Positions 58,675 through 64,000 of a DNA stretch of 64,000 bases are shown piece by piece. The notes below the pieces were generated by a model. The model worked only from the letters and a program-made list of their open reading frames with translations, was not told where the DNA came from and did not search any database. The position numbers were made by a program, and so were the translations under genes. Source of the DNA: Eledone cirrhosa (lineage: Eukaryota); the NCBI GenBank assembly GCA_964016885.1, contig OZ024745.1, positions 113,336,001-113,400,000 on the forward strand. Reading direction: 5' to 3'. Numbering within the stretch: the first letter of the stretch is position 1; each line of letters begins with the position of its first letter.

Positions 58675-59004
58675 GACTATATATATGTGTTTGTGTCTAT
58701 ATTATATCTGTATTTTTGACCGTTGGTCAGTCAATGGTAAACATTGAGGACCGGATGAATTAACTGATATAAAAGATACAGAAGTGAAAACCAACCAAAC
58801 AGTGAGTGTGTTCTGTTATTAATTCTGGCAATATTATTACAACAATATGCACCCCCCACCCAAATATAACAATATTTGTTTCGACACACGATTTCATATC
58901 AAAAACCTCTCAAAACAAATTCATCGCCGTTATATATATATATTTGTTATATATTGAATTTACATCTCGATAGCCTTAACATTGTCTTTTGAAATTTTAC
59001 AGAC

Positions 59005-59201
59005 ATCTTAATTATAATCCACGTCATATTTGTGGCATGTAGTCATGACCCTTTACGTTCAAATTCCGCCGAGATTTATTTTCCCTTGTTTCTTTTCGGG
59101 ATCGATAAAATAAAATATCAGTAATGTACACAGTTCGATTATTCAACTTTGTCCCTTCCCTTCAAAATGCTGGCCTTTTATCAAAAATAGAAACAATTAT
59201 T
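59005..59201 (+). mobile_element. SINE family A, diverged
   Basis: GTTCAAATTCCGCCGAG...TCGATAAAATAAAATATCAG...GCTGGCC. Confidence 0.7.
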
Positions 59202-59619
59202 ATAAACCTCGTCGCCGTTGTAGTTGTTGTTGTCATCGACGTCGTTGTCGTCATCATCATTATCATCACCATCAACGTATTTAGACTATATTATTAGCAC
59301 TATTTAATCTCCAGACACTTGGTGTTTGGGTTATCTTGTAATATTTTAAACAATGACGTCTATTAATTACTTTTCAGCTTTTCTTTCCCTGCTTTGAAGG
59401 TAAAGGAATCTAATATTTCTTTCGATCAGAATATGAAAAGCGACAGAATGTGGGAAAATCGAAAGAGAGCTCAGTTAACTTAAATGATTAATACGTTAAG
59501 TAGTGAAGTTAGTTGATGTAGTTTATATGGAAATGAAAAGAAAGGTTTCATTCATTTTAGAGAACAAAGAAAGACCAGGTCTCTCTTTATGATTTCAAAC
59601 GAATGAAAAATGTGTACTC

Positions 59620-60072
<453 letters not shown>

Positions 60073-60083
60073 GGGTTATATAA

Positions 60084-60114
<31 letters not shown>

Positions 60115-60116
60115 AT

Positions 60117-60210
60117 GATTGTTTCTACTTTCGGCACAAGGCCACCAATTATCCAGTATATTACTGGTACTTTATTTTATCGACCCCATAAGGATGAAAG
60201 GCAAAGTTAA
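60117..60210 (-). mobile_element. SINE family A 3' half
   Basis: Matches the family consensus. Confidence 0.8.
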
Positions 60211-60230
60211 CATATAATAATAATAATAAT

Positions 60231-60297
<67 letters not shown>

Positions 60298-60572
60298 AAT
60301 ATATATATATATAAATTTCATTTCTAACTCTTAGTACGGCTGATACTTAAATATAAGTATGTATACGTACATACATATATGTATACAGACATACAGTAGT
60401 ATGTATATACATACATACATGCACACATATATATATATATGTACGTATGGTTTTACCGAACATTTATTATAATGTTCGGTTTGATATACATATATATATA
60501 TCATATATATATATATCATATATATATATGATAAAGAACACAAGAGCGTCTACAACATCAACAGATTTTTAT

Positions 60573-60621
60573 TGGCTTACAATGTTTCTTCCTTACGTAA
60601 CCGTAGGATTCGTCAGAGCTA
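60573..60621 (-). ncRNA. Type I hammerhead motif
   Basis: Minus strand: TAGCT-CTGACGA-ATCCTACG(GTTA)CGTAAGGAA-GAAA-CATTG-TA-AGCCA. Confidence 0.7.
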
Positions 60622-61061
60622 TAAAAAGGGTTTGATTGGTGTTATGGACTCTACCAACCAAACATTCAAGAACAAAGAGTAAAGAGAGTAAAGAGCAAAA
60701 GTAGGGGACGATAAGTCTAATTTTGGTGCGGGAGGGTGGGGTGTGGGTCCTTGTTTACTAGCTGCGGTCATATTCATTCCCGGGAGTCGAGTGGTTAGTT
60801 GAGCCATAGATGGGGTGGCGTCGATAGTAGGGTGCAGAGGGTGTGCAGAGGCTACACACACACAAAGAGTATACAATATATATATAACGGAGGAGAAAGT
60901 ACATGAGGTAATTAGAAATGGAATATATAAAAATATATATATATATGATATAAATGAAAGGTATAGAAATTGTTTTAGCGAGAAGCTAATAGTATTCTAT
61001 AACATATATGATATATATATATGATATATATATACGATATATATGTATATGTATAGATTTG

Positions 61062-61103
<42 letters not shown>

Positions 61104-61104
61104 T

Positions 61105-61183
<79 letters not shown>

Positions 61184-61398
61184 ACCTTTATATGTAAATT
61201 GCCATGCTATATCATTATGATGGATGTCATCCTACTGTGGGTCAATATATGCATATGTTTTTATATGTCTCTTGTGTTGAAAAGGAGGTTAAGTATGTTA
61301 TAGATCACTAAATAGTTGCTCCGAAGAATCCAAACCACGGTTTGGAGGAAACAATTGTAAGCAAATAAATGATTTAAACTGAACTTTGATTATTGTAA

Positions 61399-61475
<77 letters not shown>

Positions 61476-61501
61476 TCATTTTATTCAGGCTAAATATTGA
61501 G

Positions 61502-61551
61502 TCTTGTTAATCTGGTGTTTCGCCTGTTTGTCACAGGGCCATCAGACAAGA
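61502..61551 (-). ncRNA. Degenerate type I hammerhead motif at the end of a ~1.2 kb low-complexity module
   Basis: Minus strand: TCTTGT-CTGATGG-CCCTGT(GACAA)ACAGGC-GAAA-CACCAGAT-TA-ACAAGA. Stem I is 6 bp perfect; A9 and stem III are altered. Confidence 0.6.
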
Positions 61552-62078
61552 ACTAACGCTTCTGTAACAGATACAGTATAACTAAAGCCGGACTCTACGT
61601 GGGGGAGGGGGATTTAATTGAAAAGGGAAGAGAGGTAATTAAGATAAGTTGGGGCATGGTGGTGGTGGGAATGTGTTGGATAGGGCGGTGTTGAAGAGAA
61701 GATGGTGATAATGGGTGAAAACGGTAAGTGGGTCTTTAGAGTATTAGTGTAAAGTTTGTTGGGAAAGATTGGATGAAATGGCGGGTAGTAAATACGTATG
61801 TATTACACATATAGATAAATCTACAAACCTACTCACAGCCGTATGTACAGATACATACACACTAAATACAGATACAGGTGCTTACATACATGTAAATAAA
61901 TATATATATGAATACAAACAAATACACTTTTTCATATATAAACCATACAAGGAAATATATAAAATTTACAAGTTATAAAAAATTATGAAAAAATATATAT
62001 ATATATATTTATACACATCATACGTATACGCGCATGTAAATCAAAACATACACACACACGCACACACAAACCCTCACA

Positions 62079-62112
<34 letters not shown>

Positions 62113-62694
62113 AATACACAAACATACACACGTACATATGAACGCCCATATACAGATGCAAATATGCGTACGTATATACACATGAAATATGCGCAGATAT
62201 ATAAATAATACATGGCTGCACCCAGACATGTATATATACGTACAAATATAAATATGAATATACAAATTCTACTGCAGGCATAAATATATACGGTGTGTGA
62301 GTGGGTGTAAGGTAACTGTTGTGGGGGATAGTGGTGGTGTTGGTGTATTGAGAAAGAGTAAAGAATATAAAGTGATGTAGTATAAAAGATTATGGGAATA
62401 TATAATCATAAAAGCTATGATGGGTGAATGAATGAGTGGTAGTAGGATGGTATCGGTGTGAAAGTAAATATGTGAAATATATGAGATATATGAATATAAC
62501 TTATGGAGATATAACTAAAATGTACATTACGGAAATATAAATATTATGGAATAATATATGGTGTTGATAGAAATGGTATGTGTGTTAGAGGAATAAAAAA
62601 AAGGAATGAAAAAGCTGAAAAAGTGAAAAGTAGAGAAGAGGAAATGAAAAATGGAAAAATGTAAAGTTGATAAGTTGGAAAGAAGGGAAAAAAT

Positions 62695-64000
62695 GACATA
62701 TTACAATGAAGCTCTTGTTCGGAGTGGATTTGTCGATAAAGTAACATATACTAGTATGAGCATAGACCAAGGAAAAATAGATCCCGACGCATTATATGGT
62801 ATAACACCCCATATCATATTGAGGTGACCACACCATTCGCTAAGATCTTTCTCTCCCTTATTAAGAAGCATTTCCCCTCAGCACATAAATATAATAACAT
62901 TTTTAATAGAAATACCATTAAAATATCTTAATCTACGACCCATAACTTTGCACATAACATCACTGCTTCAAATTTAGCTAAATTACCTAACCGTAGGAAC
63001 ACGTTCAAACCGGTAGGTAGTACTAACTGGAATTGTAGGAATCAGGTTGAATGCCCTCTATCCGGGAAATGCCTCTCCAGTAACATTGTCTACAAATGTA
63101 AGGTCGAAACACCCACGTCCCGTAGGGGCTACATAGGGGTAACTGCCAATAGATTCAAGCAGCGTATTTACATGCACGCCCATGCTTTTCTTAAACGCTT
63201 AAGAAGGAATATGACGTCACTTTCAGCTTATATCTGGAGTCTAAAAGACAACCACGCCCAATATAGGTTACACTGGGAGATCCTAGCTGAGGCTAGATCG
63301 TATAACGGAAATAAAAGACCATGCGATCATTGCGCCGCTGAAGCCCTGTAAATACTCTACGCCAATGACCACATCTTAAACAAAAAAATCTGAGTGTAAA
63401 TACAAATTGTATAAAACTTTCCTGTATTACAGCCCCACATTATACCCTAACGGATAGTACGAACAATACGTGGATATTTACGTCTTGATATGGTAGCAAA
63501 GTATATTTTATGTTTATACCATTACTCATGTGTATAGGTATGTATACCTTACCCGTATGTTTTGTGAAGATACGTATACTTTCTCGTACGTATATATGCT
63601 TTTATTTGTTATAGGTGTATATATTATATTATATATACTGGTATATGTATATATGGTTATGTGTATATGTGTATTTTGTGTTTGGGTGTGTATGCGTGTA
63701 TGCGTGTTTGCATGTATGTAAGGTGTGTATATGTCTACATTGTGTTTTGGTTGACGTTCATTTGGTGAACATATGTATATTTACCTGAAGGTATGTGTGT
63801 GTGTGCGCTATATACGTATTTATGTGTGTATATTTATATACGTTAATATAATTATATGTATTATATATTTTTTATGTGTATTTAGTGTATACGTTCGTAT
63901 GTGTGCGGTTAAAAGTGTTACGCAGGTTTATGTGTACATGCATATATATGCATGCATTGCGGGTGTTTCTGCATATTCACGTGTTTGTATATCGATGCGT
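62695..64000 (+). mobile_element. PLE family A (Naiad-type) linker, GIY-YIG and 3' region, running off the window
   Basis: YYNEALVRSG; IIWYNTPY; KKHFP; NCRNQVECPLSGKCLSSNIVYKC; GYIGVTANRFKQR; LSAYIWSLK; PCDHC. Confidence 0.9.

Larger units (their letters stand above)
56125..58930 (+). mobile_element. Penelope-like element B with inverted pLTR piece (56125-56239 versus 58756-58873)
   Basis: An inverted 115-bp terminal segment flanks a disrupted ORF. Both ends sit in TA tracts, with an HHR motif at 58631-58674. Confidence 0.9.

Overview
AT-rich, microsatellite-saturated metazoan non-coding DNA, most likely from an octopod cephalopod (inferred from tRNA-derived SINE families, Dong/R4 LINE relics and very long (TA)n/(CA)n/(GA)n arrays). 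There is no intact protein-coding gene, and nearly all ORF-track entries are microsatellite translations. The window holds decayed Penelope-like retroelements (PLEs) of at least 3-4 families, including a Naiad-type family in many pieces and a near-complete RT+GIY-YIG copy with an inverted terminal repeat. It also holds a mariner relic, two R4/Dong LINE relics, about 20 SINE copies, MITE-like elements and one candidate 57-nt host exon. The main signal is about 20 type I hammerhead ribozyme (HHR) motifs from roughly 15 different sequence families, found by eye. Most sit in short modules lodged in (TA)n tracts and have short palindromic stem III. All five Naiad-family copies carry a non-canonical CAGAAGA (U4A) core. 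Many fold-back palindromes have junctions at or next to the ribozyme or a (TA)n tract. All coordinates were read by hand, folds were not computed, and ribozyme activity is untested.
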